A stretch of DNA of 64,000 nt from Zygnema circumcarinatum SAG 698-1b (lineage: Eukaryota > Plantae > Zygnematophyceae): assembly GCA_037447605.1 (NCBI GenBank), contig CM074808.1, positions 496,001 to 560,000 on the forward strand, in the 5' to 3' direction. A model generated the notes under the pieces. That model saw nothing but the letters and a program-made list of their open reading frames with translations, was not told the origin of the DNA and ran no database searches. The position numbers were made by a program, and so were the translations under genes. Each line of letters opens with the position of its first letter. Position 1 is the first letter of the stretch. Below are positions 1-11,888 of the stretch, in pieces.

Positions 1-52
1 TCTCCACCCCCTGAATTTCAAAGGATCGTTTATCAGCTCTGTTGCTAGATTC

Positions 53-53
<1 letters not shown>

Positions 54-112
<59 letters not shown>
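54..112. repeat. (GA)n microsatellite
   Basis: Perfect GA dinucleotide run read directly from the sequence. Confidence 0.95.
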
Positions 113-114
<2 letters not shown>

Positions 115-1611
115 CAGCAGTCAGGCAAGTGATGGCAATTTTTTGGCTAAACTCTTGACTAGGTTTTGATTACTACGCAGTCGACTTTTAGTCATGACTA
201 AACTTGGCGAAGAGATCAGAGTCCCACCGATGACTACTAGGTTCCAAAACGTGAAGCCGACCACCTCAAGCTGTTCCCATAAGACTTGGAAGTATGAAAG
301 AAAATTCCGCTCCTGTCCTGTTTCTGCAAAACGACTCGAGTCCCAGGCATGCAACCCTCCCTCTTTGAAGCGATAAAGAGTGGCATTGGCATTTTTCTCA
401 CGATGGCAAGCTAGCTATCACATGTGCATGCGTGGACAAAGGCAACATGTTGGACCACCAATGTGGCAATGTGGGACATGAAATCTACGTCACCAACTTT
501 ACAACAGAGCTGGTGTCTGCCGTACTGCTGAGCTGCCGTACTGGCCCGTGGGACTCTCGGTTTAACGACCAGTTAAACTGTAATGACAAAATGTTACCGT
601 TACTAGAAACAGAACAATACCACTATACATGTGTCCGCAAAATTTCCCTTCAGATTTTTGTTTAAAAACTAATATCATTTTTGTCCGCTAAATTTGAAAG
701 TTGGTGTTGCCACTTGCCAGCCAGGTGCTCCGGTTTTGGCGGAACGCATTTGGCGTTTTGCCGTTGCCTGGTGTACGAATATCACACGTGGCTGTCTGTG
801 ACTGGCTTAATTTTATCTCGAGCGGCGGTGACCTCCAAAGCTTTGACCGGCAAATCCGCCACCGTCGCCGACAAATTGAAAATTATTTTGCCAAGTTTGA
901 GGCACAGCCCGCATAGAAAATATTCAAGAAAACATATTATCCTGCCCAGACACCCGGGCAGGACACAAACTCGATTTCTTCCAGCGATTTCTATCCTGCC
1001 CACCCATACAGGCAGGATACAAACCAGGTTCTCTCCTGCCCGTTCACTCGGGCATCTCACAAACGTCCAACGGTGGCCGTACCATGACCATACCGTCCGA
1101 AAACGCGCCGGCCGTGAGATAGTTTGCCGGCCGGCCGGCGCGCTTTCGAGGGGGCATTGACAATCAGCGAACGCCACGTGCCATTCCTTTCCTTTTGGAG
1201 CCGGCCCAAAGGTTTGACCAAACCGCGGGGGCCGACGCTGTTCTCGGCAGTAAATTGGTTGGGAGAGGCCAATGGGGGCGCGCCACGTCTGCATAATGTA
1301 CACGTGGCCAACCGCCATTAGACGACGCTCGAGTGTAGTTCGCAATGAAGGCCCTCCGCTGCTTCACCGGAGAGGTAGAGAGAGAGAGGGAGGGAGAGGG
1401 GGAGGGAGAGGAAGAGATAGCGACGAAGGGAGGGAGGGAGGGAGGGAGGCAGAGGGAGAGAGGGGCGGACGGAGGGAGGGAGGGAGGGAGAGAGAGAGAG
1501 GAAGAGAGAAGGGAGGAGATTCATATTGGGAGGGGGAGAGAGAGGGAGAGGAGAGGGCATGCGTGCAGAATGGCGTTGTGTGAAGGTGAGAGGGTGAGAG
1601 GAAGGAGCGGG

Positions 1612-3814
1612 ATGAAGGTGAAAACTTGGCTTTTGGGGGTCGTCTCTCTCTTGCTGCTGCAGACTGTGCAGAGTGGTGAGTCTCTCTCTCGTCCACTCTC
1701 TCTGCCTCCCTCCCTCCCTACTTTCTTCCTGCCTCCCTTCCTCCCTCCCATCCCCCTCCCTCCCTCTTTTTTTCCACTTTTCCCTCTCTTTCCCTCTCCC
1801 TCCCCCTTCAACCTAACTCCCTGGAGAGCCTGTTTCAGTGATCCAATTAGACAAAGAAGCGCCTTTTCCTTCTTATTCTTAACTTTGCCGATCCTCTCGC
1901 TCTTACAAAGAAACGCAGACCTTTTGTGAAATCGTAGGAAAAAAAAATATATATACTCAAAAGGCATTCGTGGGACAAAAGGAAAGAAATACAAAAAAAA
2001 AAAAACGACAAGAAGATGATGTGAGGGTCCAGGTTTGAAATATATATTTTTTAAGTTCCAAATATGGCTCTCCCACTTTGTTTCATGCGACCTTCTTCAA
2101 ACCCTCTCTCTCTCTCTCTCTCTCTCTCGCTTTCTCTCTTCGCAGGCGGAGCTCAAACGAATTCGAATTCAAGCAGCGACAACTGCGACCTGTTTCCATC
2201 ACTAAATGACATTTTTTTCTCGGAGGAGTCTTCATGGAGCGCAAATGGGATGGTTGTGGAGACGGTGGAGGGAGGGCGCATCGATTCACTGAGCACTTGG
2301 GAGGACGACTTGCGGCTGCAGGCGCTGCAGAACGGCACTTCTACGCGACGGAGACTTGCATGTAACTTGCGATCCCTTCTCCCTTTCTCTCTCTCCCTCC
2401 CTCTCCCTCTTCCCTCCCTCTCTCTCTCCCTCTCTCCCTCTCCCTCTCTCTTTTCCCTTTCTCTCTCTCTCTCTCTCTCCGCTCTCTCTGTCTCTATTCC
2501 TTTCGTTTACCCTTTGTCGATTCTATCGTCGAGATGCTCAAGCTCGTGTTTGAATCCTTCTGAACCCCCCCCCTCCCCCCCTCCTCTTTTCCTTTTCTAT
2601 TACTTCTTTGGACTTTACAGCATGCAATTATTCCAAAGGCAAGTGGATGCATGACGCCCGGCGGCGGCCGTACACATATGGCTGCCCCTTTATCCGCTCA
2701 GCGTTCAACTGCCGCAGTAACGGCCGCAGAGATACTGAGTATGAGAAGTGGAGTTGGCGGCCGAGCAACTGCAAACAGGAGCGCTTCAATGTGGCGTATT
2801 TTGTGAAGAGAATGCGCGGAAAGGTGAGCTAATAATAATAATAATAAAGGGCACAATTTGGAATCCCTGACAGTTTGTTTTTGGGGTTGGAATGAAAGAT
2901 CAATTGAAGCTCATTCTGTAGTTTAATATAGTAGTTTAAGAACAGTTTTTTGACACAGTTTGCTGTTGGGTCTCTTGCAGTCGATTGCTTTTGTTGGGGA
3001 CTCGTTTGGGCAAAACATCGCCGAAGCTTTGACTTGTGAGATTGCTGCATATGAGAAAGTTCAGTTGCTCTCTGCAACCGTGAGAGGGACGAAGCTTCGG
3101 GGAGTCCAAGTTCCAAAGTATGGCATCAAAATATTTACGATTATGGCCCCCTTCCTCGTCCAATATACCCCCGATGCTGATGTCTTTGCGAAGTTCAAAG
3201 TGAAGCAGAGCACTACCAACAGCTACATCACCTTTCTTGATAAGATGGACCCAAGGTGGAGCGAGGCCTTCAAAGCGATCGATATGACAATTTTTATGTC
3301 TGGGCATTGGTTTCAGCTCGTGCAGGGCACCACAAAAGTTCGGTCGGTCACCACGATTTTGAATAACAAAATTGTGAAGTTATCTGATCAAAGAAGTTAC
3401 AAAGTGGCTCTGGACAACGTTAGAAAGTATGTGCTGTCGACCTCTAAGTACAGAGGGGTCCCCATGTGGCTCACGTACTCTCCCTCCCACTACACAGTGG
3501 GAAAAATCTATGGCTCCTTGGCTGCTTACTGCAACAACAAAGTGCCTTTTTCAAGGTCCCAACAACTCAGATTCTATGACTCCGATTCTTCCCGGCAGTG
3601 GAAAAGTAGGGAGATTCAAGGCCTTGTGGGGACCCGGTTTCGGCTCATAGACATCACTTTCATATCGGGGGGCAGACCGGACGGGCACGTTCAGAGGTAC
3701 TTTGGGGCCAAAAAGAACAGCAAAACCACGTGGGACTGCACGCATTGGTGCCTGCCGGGGGTCCCGGATGTGTGGACGGACGTGCTGCAGCATGTGCTGA
3801 AAACGGAGCTATGA
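1612..3814 (+). CDS. Trichome birefringence-like (TBL/PMR5, PC-esterase) polysaccharide O-acetyltransferase, ~438 aa
   Basis: Exons 1612-1675, 2146-2361, 2621-2823, 2981-3814, all GT-AG with consistent phases. N-terminal signal/anchor MKVKTWLLGVVSLLLLQ; PMR5N-type Cys region (CNYSKGKW...CPFIRSAFNCRSNGRRDTEYEKWSWRPSNC); GDS motif (SIAFVGDS); DxxH motif (DCTHWCLPGVPDVW). Confidence 0.93.
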
Positions 3815-5115
3815 GAGAGAGAGAGAGGGGGAGGGGGAGAAAGGAAGGCATCCATCATGTGGAGGGAGGAGAGGGAGAGAGGGAAAGAAGGAAGGCATCC
3901 ATCATGTGGAGGAGGGAGGAGAGAGAGAGAGGGAAGGAAGGAAGTCATCCATCATGTGGAGGAGGGAGGAGAGAGAGAGAGGGAAGGAAGGAAGTCATCC
4001 ATCATGTGGAGGAGGGAGGAGAGAGAGAGAGGGAAGGAAGGAAGTCATCCATCATGTGGAGGGAGGAGAGAGAGAGAGAGAGGGAAGGAAGGAAGTCATC
4101 CATCATGTGGAGGAGGGAGGAGAGAGAGAGAGCGGGAAGGAAGGAAGGCACCCATCATGTGGAGGAGGGAGGAGAGAGAGAGAGAGGGAAGGAAGGCATC
4201 CGTCACGTGGAGGAGGGAGGAGAGGGAGCGAGGGAAGAAAGGAAGGAAGGCATCCATCATGTGGAGGAGGGAGGAGAGAGAGAGAGAGAGGGAAGAAAGG
4301 AAGGCATCCATCATGTGGAAGATGGAGGAGAGAGAGAGAGAGAGGGAAGAAAGGAAGGCATCCATCATGTGGAGGAGGGAGGAGAGAGAGAGAGAGCGGG
4401 AAGGAAGGAAGGCACCCATCATGTGGAGGAGGGAGGAGAGAGAGAGAGAGGGAAGGAAGGCATCCGTCACGTGGAGGAGGGAGGAGAGGGAGCGAGGGAA
4501 GAAAGGAAGGAAGGCATCCATCATGTGGAGGAGGGAGGAGAGAGAGAGAGAGAGGGAAGAAAGGAAGGCATCCATCATGTGGAAGATGGAGGAGAGAGAG
4601 AGAGAGAGGGAAGAAAGGAAGGCATCCATCATGTGGAGGAGGGAGGAGCGGGAGAGAGAGAGAGCGGGAAGAAAGGAAGGCATCCATCATGTGGAGGAGG
4701 GAGGAGAGCGAGAGAGGGAAGGAAGGAAAGCATCCATCATGTGGAGGAGGGAGGAGAGAGAGAGAGGGAAGGAAGGTAAGCATCCATCTTGTGGAGGAGG
4801 GAGGAGAGTGGGAGAGAGAGGGAAGAAAGGTAGGCATCCATCTTGTGGAGGAGGGAGGAGAGAGCGAGAGAGGGAAAAAAGGAAGGAATCCATCTTGTGG
4901 AGAGAGGAGAGAGAGAGAAAGGGAAGAAAGGAAGGCATCCACCTTGTGGAGGAGGAAGGAGAGAGAGAGAGAGGGAAGGACGGAATGCATCCATCATGTG
5001 GAGGAGGGAGGAAAGAGAGAGAGACAGAGAGAGGGAAGGAAGGCATCCATCATGTGGAGGAGGGAGGAGAGAGAGAGAGAGAGTGGGAAGGAAGGAAGGC
5101 ATCAATCATGCGGGG
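3815..5115 (+). repeat. Compound minisatellite, 25 units of about 50-58 bp (core GCATCCATCATGTGGAGG plus purine spacer)
   Basis: Cores counted from 3849 to 5100. Units 7-11 are repeated as units 12-16 at an exact 264-bp offset. Confidence 0.95.
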
Positions 5116-5984
5116 GAGGAAGGGGTTCAGAAAAAGAGGGGGTTTTTTTTTTTCCTTCTAGGAGTGTGTAAAGTGTGAGTCGGTCGGTGTATTCTATGAG
5201 GGCTTCCATTCTTATGTAACAAAGGTTACGGCTATAGCGAGTGCTCGAGGGGGGTCGATAGGAGGTCTATTCTTTTTCGTAAGCTATCTCGGCTTATATT
5301 CATGTTTCACGTTATTTGGTGCGACCCAATAATGAACAAAAAAGCTCCTTCCTTCGTTACTTCCTTTGTTGGTCCCATCCATAGCGCTGGGCATGTGAGC
5401 TTGTGGGGACATGTTTGGAATTTTCTTTTACTTTATGCCCCAAAAGTTGTTGAACAACATTTTTTGAACCATGGATGTGGAAACCATCCCATCTCAAGAC
5501 CACGAACATCGAACGTGGAGGAGCCCTCTCCCTCTCCCTCTTCCTCTCCCTCTCCCTCCCCTTCTGAATTTCATCGAGAAAGGAAAGAGAGATGGAAGTT
5601 TCCTTTCCATGTCGCAAGGAAGCTGGCGACATGAGCATAATGTGCTTCCAATGTCGTCAACTGATGTCGATGGGGTCGGCACATGCCATGACCACCAGCA
5701 GCAGCTCCATGTGGCTGTTAGACGCGCTCCGTTGTGTAGTCGTTCTATTGGAATGGAAACAGCGCGCATATGCGAAGGTTGGCGAATGGCGAGCCGCCAC
5801 GTGTACTTAATTTTACGTGGCAGCGTCCCATTGGATGGCTGTCCCAGTGGTATAACACCGGTAGAAAAGTACGGGGCTCTCTCTCTCTCTCTCGCGTCTC
5901 TCTCTCTCTCTCTCTCTCACACTCTCTCTCTCTCTCCCTGCCTCCCTCCCTCACATGCGAAGCCGCCTATTCCTTCCTGCCGCC

Positions 5985-8132
5985 ATGGCCCTCCGTCTTT
6001 CCCTCTCCCACCCCTTTTCCCCCTCCCTCTCGGCCTTCTCCCGTAATTTGCCTTACCTCACCGTTATCACCCACCCCCCTCCTCCCACCACTCTCTCCGT
6101 CTCCTTCTCCTCGTCGCCCTCCCTTCCCCTCTCCTCCTTCCTCCCTCTCTCCCTCTCGTCCTTTCCTTCTTGTCTCTCCCACCCTTCTAAAAGTCGCCTT
6201 CTGGCAACCATGGCTGCTCCGGATTCTCTTCGAGAGGAGGAGGGGAGGGAGAAAGAGAAGACCGCGGAGGAGGAGGAGAAGGGGCCGTCATGGCCGGACT
6301 ATCTCTCTCTCTCTGACGCAGAACTGCTGAAGCAGTGCCACGTGGACACCTACCGAGCATCGGGGCCGGGCGGGCAGCACCGGAATAAGACAGACAGCGC
6401 CGTCAGGCTGCGTCACATTCCAACTGGGCTGACGTCACAGGTGGGGCTCCGTTACGACCCTTCAAACCTGTATAGTTTGTGCTCCGCAATAACGCCAATA
6501 ACTCCTCCTCTGGAGGGAGGTTGAAGGAAGTATCGTTTTGATACTTGCAAAATAAAAGGGCTATGCAAAAAGTAGAATGCCAATACACTACCATTATGTC
6601 ATTGAAACCAATGTCATTAAAAAACGCAATAGAAAAACCTTCTTTGTGGTGCGACTTGGCAGTACCTCCGACATTGGACGCCGAACCCGAATCCTAAATC
6701 CTAAAAGTTGCACTTTGCATATCCTATGATCAGACCAACCCATGGGGCTCTGCAGGTCTTCAGCCTTTGAAACTCTATATTCTGCTACCTAGTCCCTTAA
6801 CCCTAAGTCCTCCTAATTGCAACTTCAGAATCCCTGAACCCTAAAGCTGACTGAGAGGCTCCCCCTGTGCGGAGAAGGAGCGACGCGACGCCTCAGTCCT
6901 GTGAGCAGAGGTCGCAGCACACAAACCGCGCCACCGCCACTTTCCGCCTGCGCCAAGTCATCGCTCTCAAAGGTCAGTTACAGGGTATGAAGTTCAAATG
7001 CAAGGGCTGGTAAACTAGTACAAAGGAATTGGGAATTAGGGTTAGGTCCGGAGTCTAGGGTTGGACTGGTAGATACAGAATTTAGAAGTGGGTGTTTGGA
7101 ATTGGGGTTCTGGGAATGAATGGGTTGTTGGGATGTAGAGTTTTGGAGAATCTACAGAGCAGGAGTTGCAAGTTTGTACTTGTTTTCTCCTGTATGAGTT
7201 TGTTTGTTTCAATTCTGAACGTTTGGAAACTTGCCGCAAATTTGTTGCATTCTGAGAGCATTTGTCTCACGTTCCTGTCTCGCCCTCTCTCTCTGTGTCT
7301 TTCTCTCTCTCTCTCCCTCTCTCTCTCCCTCTCTCTTTCTTTTTTCCCCTCTCTTTTCTTGAAAAAGTGCGAAGGCCTGTCCAGTTGGAAAATTTTCAGC
7401 CTTCGCCAACTTTACTTCGAATCCTTCCAAGTAGTGCGCTCGCTAAGCGGCAGGCGGGAAACAAGCAGAGGGTGGGGCCGAACCACGATGATTTCTTTCC
7501 GGTAAGCTCATGTTCTATGTCAAAAATTAAATTATTTCACTCGAAGCAGTTCTATTGTCTCTTTTTTATCATATTCACCCCCTTTCTTTTCAAAAGTATC
7601 TCATCCTCCTATGAGACGCTGCCACTTGGCAGGGCGTGAGTGAGCTTCTGGACGTCATAATGGCGGCAGACGGCTCCGTGTCAGCAGCTGCAGCAGCTTT
7701 GGGGTGGGGCCTACATGGAACTGCCACGTGTCGTGCCCTGATAAGGACATCTGGCCCATGCATTTCGTTAGATTTTTACTGTTCTTTCACTGTGGATGTG
7801 TTTCCTTGTTCAAAATGTTGAACAGCACAGTGGGGAACGCTGTTCTATGCTTGAAATGTGCAGCATCAGTACAGGCGCTCTTTCAAAACTAATCACGTCG
7901 GATAAGACCGTCCTTCAGGAAGTCAATGATTTGAGAGCAGGAAAGGTGGGCCATGAATCCATCCCCAGGAAACGTGGAAACCCTAAACTTTTTGAAAGTG
8001 CGGCACGAAAAGTTAATTGTCATAGTGAATGCTTGACACCCGCATTTTCTCCGCTTAAAAAGTGATTATCAATTACTTGCATTGAAACAAGCTTGGCTCT
8101 TTTCTTGGCAGGGATTGAAGGCATTACGATGA
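5985..8132 (+). CDS. Organellar class I release-factor-domain (RF-1, GGQ) protein / peptidyl-tRNA hydrolase, At1g33330-like
   Basis: Exons 5985-6440, 6897-6972, 7368-7501, 7633-7703, 7864-7945, 8112-8132, GT-AG with consistent phases. Ser/Pro/Leu-rich transit peptide; [26 protein letters not shown]; RSQHTNR; C-terminal [10 protein letters not shown]...GLKALR*. Kozak-like GCCGCCATGG at the start. Confidence 0.9.
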
Positions 8133-8196
8133 AGGATGAAGGATATTGACTTCAAACCCGTGATAAATGCTCCCCTTCCTCACCCTCCCCCCCCCG

Positions 8197-8256
8197 ACCC
8201 TAACCTTAACCATAACCCTAACCCTAACCTGAACCCTAACCCTAACTTTAACCCCT
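8197..8256. repeat. Degenerate telomere-like (CCCTAA)n tract
   Basis: ACCCTAACCTTAACCATAACCCTAACCCTAACCTGAACCCTAACCCTAACTTTAACCCCT, downstream of the RF-1 gene stop. Confidence 0.8.
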
Positions 8257-9140
8257 GTGGGGGTGTTGGATGCGCACTGTACTGATTACAATCAGGTACA
8301 AAAAATGTATAGTTGGAACTGTCTGTGGGATTTAAGTTGAAAGCGTATATGTAAAGCTTTTATTTTGACCAAAGTTATCAACACTAGGTGTGGCCCATCG
8401 TGCTGTTTTGCGAAGAGAAAAATTCCAGATGAAAGAAACTTGCTGGCACTTTCTGCACTGGTTAGGTAACAACAACAAACTCAGGAAGAACTGAAAACTT
8501 AAGAAAAGCAAAAAAAGCAGGAATGAATAAATGTTTGCCGCCTTTTCTGTACCTTAAAGATTTTCGTCTTACAGGGACATAAAGTTTTGCCAACAGGAAA
8601 TGGGATTGGGAGGGCTCTACATCATGGAACTCTGTAGAAAATCCCGGCAAAAACTGGTTCACAATCATATGATCCGTCCCATAGAAAAGCTCCCCCCTTG
8701 CACGTCCTTGCCAGTGCTACATGAACTCCCCCTTTTAAGACAGGTTTACCCTAATCAAGATGATGAGTTCAGTTCCCACTCGACTATGTCCCCTTTCTCT
8801 GCATTTCGTCCTCACGAGGTTCAGGATTGCCAGCACCCACCTCCCTTTGAACATTGGAAGCTTCTCTAGTAGAGGAGGTGAACTATTACACGAGCCATTG
8901 TCTGTGGAGAACGTTGTTGGTGCTTCAGCGATGATCCCAAAAGGTGAACTTGTCGCCGACTTTACAAGGGATGAGCGGAATGGAAAATTTTAAGAAAAAA
9001 AAAAGAAAACTGGAATAGCTTCCATCGCTATCCGGTGCATGCATGCATGCGGCTGCAGCTGCACGGCAGCGAAGGGTGTTCAGAAATAATCATTGAGCCG
9101 TCCTGCAACCGAGGGAAGGCACTGCTCTCACGCTGGTCCA

Positions 9141-9480
9141 AACTCAATGGTTGGCAAGCATTGGCAATGGTTGCCTGGTTCGCGAATCAATGGTTGACAG
9201 CTATTGCCAATGTTGGTTGGGACGCGAATCAATGGTTGGCAGCCATTGGAAATGGTTGGTTGGGACGCGAATCCACGGTTGGCAACCATTGGCAATGGTT
9301 GCCTGGTTCGCGAACAATGGTTAGTAGCCATTGGCAATGGTTGCCTGGTTCGCGAATCAATGGTTGGCAGCCATTGGCAATGGTTGCCTGGTTTGCGAAT
9401 CAATGGTTGGCAGCCATTGGCAATGGTTGGTTGAGACGTAAACCAATGGCTGGCAACTATTGGCAATGGTTGATCCAATG
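9141..9480. repeat. Tandem array of eight ~43-bp units, each with palindrome CAATGGTTG-N-CA(A/G)CCATTG
   Basis: Unit consensus AATCAATGGTTGGCAGCCATTGGCAATGGTTGCCTGGTTCGCG, read directly. Confidence 0.9.
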
Positions 9481-11147
9481 GTTCGACTTGTGACATTGGC
9501 CGCCGCCAACATCATCAACCATGGTCATTGATTCACAGCTACAGTTACAGTGATAAAAAAACACTTTGAGCGTGGCCAACCATTTTTTATGTAACATTTT
9601 CTTGTAACGCAGCCTTTCGAACTGTTCGACATAGAACGCCTGAAGCCGTCCGCCCGCCCTAGCCACCGTATGTCCGTACAGAGACGTGAGGACGCCAGCC
9701 ACGTGTAGCGGCCGCTGCGGCCCCGCGAGCCATCAAACCCGCGCCGGGCGGTCCGCCAATCGCGTGCGAGAGTTTAATGCCACGTGGGCGACCCAGCGCG
9801 CGCCCATTGGCCGAAAGAATTTCATTTGGCTGACGGCGGTCGCCGCCTTTCGACATCATCCGCATGTCGCGACGAGGGAGGGAGCAGGGTCGTCTGACTT
9901 CAGGCGAAAGTGGCACGTGCGAGAGGGGCATCAGACTGGCGGATCCTGCCATGCTGGCAAACGCAGGCCAATCAGCGGGGAGAGCATTGAAGGGAGCGAC
10001 GCCGACATGTTCCCTGCCACATGGGCGAGCGGATGGGCCACGCGGCCAGATTCTGTCCGTATTCCAGAGATTCGGAGAGGATCTTGCCCCGCTGGATACG
10101 ACAGACGGGCTTGAATGAACTCCCGAAAATTCAAGGCGGAGAACCACCTGAGAAGACAACAGAAGAGATCTGAGGTTTTGGCGTTTGTGAGTTGGCAGAT
10201 CCTCCAGGTGTACGAACAAGAACAGCTGGCAGCCATGCCCTGACGCTGGCTGTCGCTTAGAAAGTAAAGGACACGAAACCGACAGTGCCAGCGGACGGGG
10301 ACAATTCCTATTGCAGAAACGACAAATTATGTCAGAGATTGGACGCTTCCGATTGGCCTGTCAGATCTGCCATATGGGTATGTCCAAATCGAATCCTTGA
10401 CCCAGGCTGGATCCCGCGGGTCAACGCTGGTCTATCCAACTTGGATATGAGTGTCAGGAGCTTTCTTGGGGTTTATCCGAGTTTTGATCTGTACCGAAAA
10501 CAGAGAAGGAGCGAAAAGGGCAGAAAAGGGATCCACCCTTTCCGGAGATTTCGTAGGTCAACGGCCACGTGGCAGTCGGAGAGGGAACGCCAGGATTCGC
10601 AGGTTGCTGAGGTGGACGCCGGAAGCGCTTCGGGGCATGTCTGGGCCGAATCGCAGGATCCACCTGGAACGGATTTCAGGAATTTTGAAAGCATAGATCA
10701 GGAGACTTCCAGGGGGGCCCAGCTGGGTGGCCAGGCGTCAGAAATTTCCCGTCCAAGTTCAAGATGCGGCAGTAAATAAAATGGATATGAACATACGACA
10801 AACATTTGGGCGGTTACTTTACGGAAAACAAATGAAGTGATGTACCAAAACAGTAAATACTTTTAAATGTAACCCTGCCAAAAATCGCGAAATTAATGCC
10901 TGTCAGAGTTTTTGGAGCCTTCCGGGCAGGCTGTACTCCCCCAGAAAAATTAAAAAAACCGTAACGGTCACCCTGAAAAGTTTCATCCCCAACCCGAAAC
11001 CAGACAAAAATCCTGCAAAATTCCAAATTGTCCATTTAACCACATCTACCTCCCCCTCTGTCGTTTGCTTCTGTCCCTTCTCCCACCCCCCCCCCTCCCC
11101 CGCCTCCATACAGAACCTGCCGCCCACCCCTCCCCCACCTGATCTCA

Positions 11148-11259
11148 CACGTGCAAACCCAAACCACTCCCCTCCAGCCACGTGCCCCTCCCGTGTCGGT
11201 TCCGCCCCCTCATATCCGTACGTCTCCCCTGTACGGCTTGTCGTACGACCCCACACGTG
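11148..11259. promoter_or_regulatory. Three G-boxes (CACGTG) upstream of the MAPKKK
   Basis: CACGTG at 11148, 11179 and 11254, about 230-340 bp before the ATG at 11492. Function is inferred only. Confidence 0.5.
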
Positions 11260-11491
11260 CCCCGCCAGAGGCGCGCCTTAAGGCCCGCCCGCGGGCCCTC
11301 CAAGGCCGGAGCCGTCGCCGTCCGCCGCCGCCTCCCACGCAGGGGAGCACCCGGCGAGGCAAAGGGAGAGGGAGGGGATATCGGTGCAGGCTTGGGAAGA
11401 AGGGAGAGGGAGGGAGGGAGGGAGAGAGAGAGAGAGGGAGAGAGAGCAGGGGAGAGAGAAGGTGGACCCAGAGTGGAGTTAGTTTGGGGCG

Positions 11492-11815
11492 ATGGAGGGC
11501 AGCTGGATGAAGGGGCGGCTTCTGGGGTCTGGGTCGTACGGGCGCGTGCACATGGCAGTCTGTACGGACACGGCGGAAGTCTTCGCGGTGAAGTCTGCGG
11601 GCGGCGCGGAATGTGACGGGGCGGCGAAGAATGCTGCGGACTTGGGGGCGTTGGAGAACGAGATATCGATTATGGCGGAGCTGGGGCACCCAAAGGTGAG
11701 GGAGAGGGGGGATATGGGCGAGGGTGGGGAGGATTTGAACTAGTTTTTGAAGGTTTATGTCATTGCGGGAGTGGCTGTGGGGGGAAGCTGATGCTGGGGC
11801 AGCGAGTAGGAGGGG

Positions 11816-11888
<73 letters not shown>

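Noticed and set aside
121-590. Possible minus-strand exons (…NATLYRFKEGGLHAWDSSRF…)
   Set aside because: Plausible splice sites exist but I recognise no domain and cannot build a gene model; needs BLASTX or RNA-seq.
3849-5115. CRISPR-like appearance (constant repeat plus variable spacer)
   Set aside because: Spacers are GA/GGAA microsatellite variants, not unique sequences; eukaryotic context and no cas genes.
3730-5178. Long Glu/Arg/Gly-rich or Ser/Leu/Pro-rich ORFs (349-434 aa) in several frames
   Set aside because: Translations of the GA-rich minisatellite, which lacks stops in many frames; no domain content.
8462-8993. Short ORFs after the RF-1 gene
   Set aside because: No recognisable motifs or consistent exon chain.
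9141-9480. WQ/NGW-repeat ORFs (9035-9493 and similar at 21.6, 50.9 and 57.6 kb)
   Set aside because: Translations of palindromic DNA arrays; the symmetry is at the DNA level.
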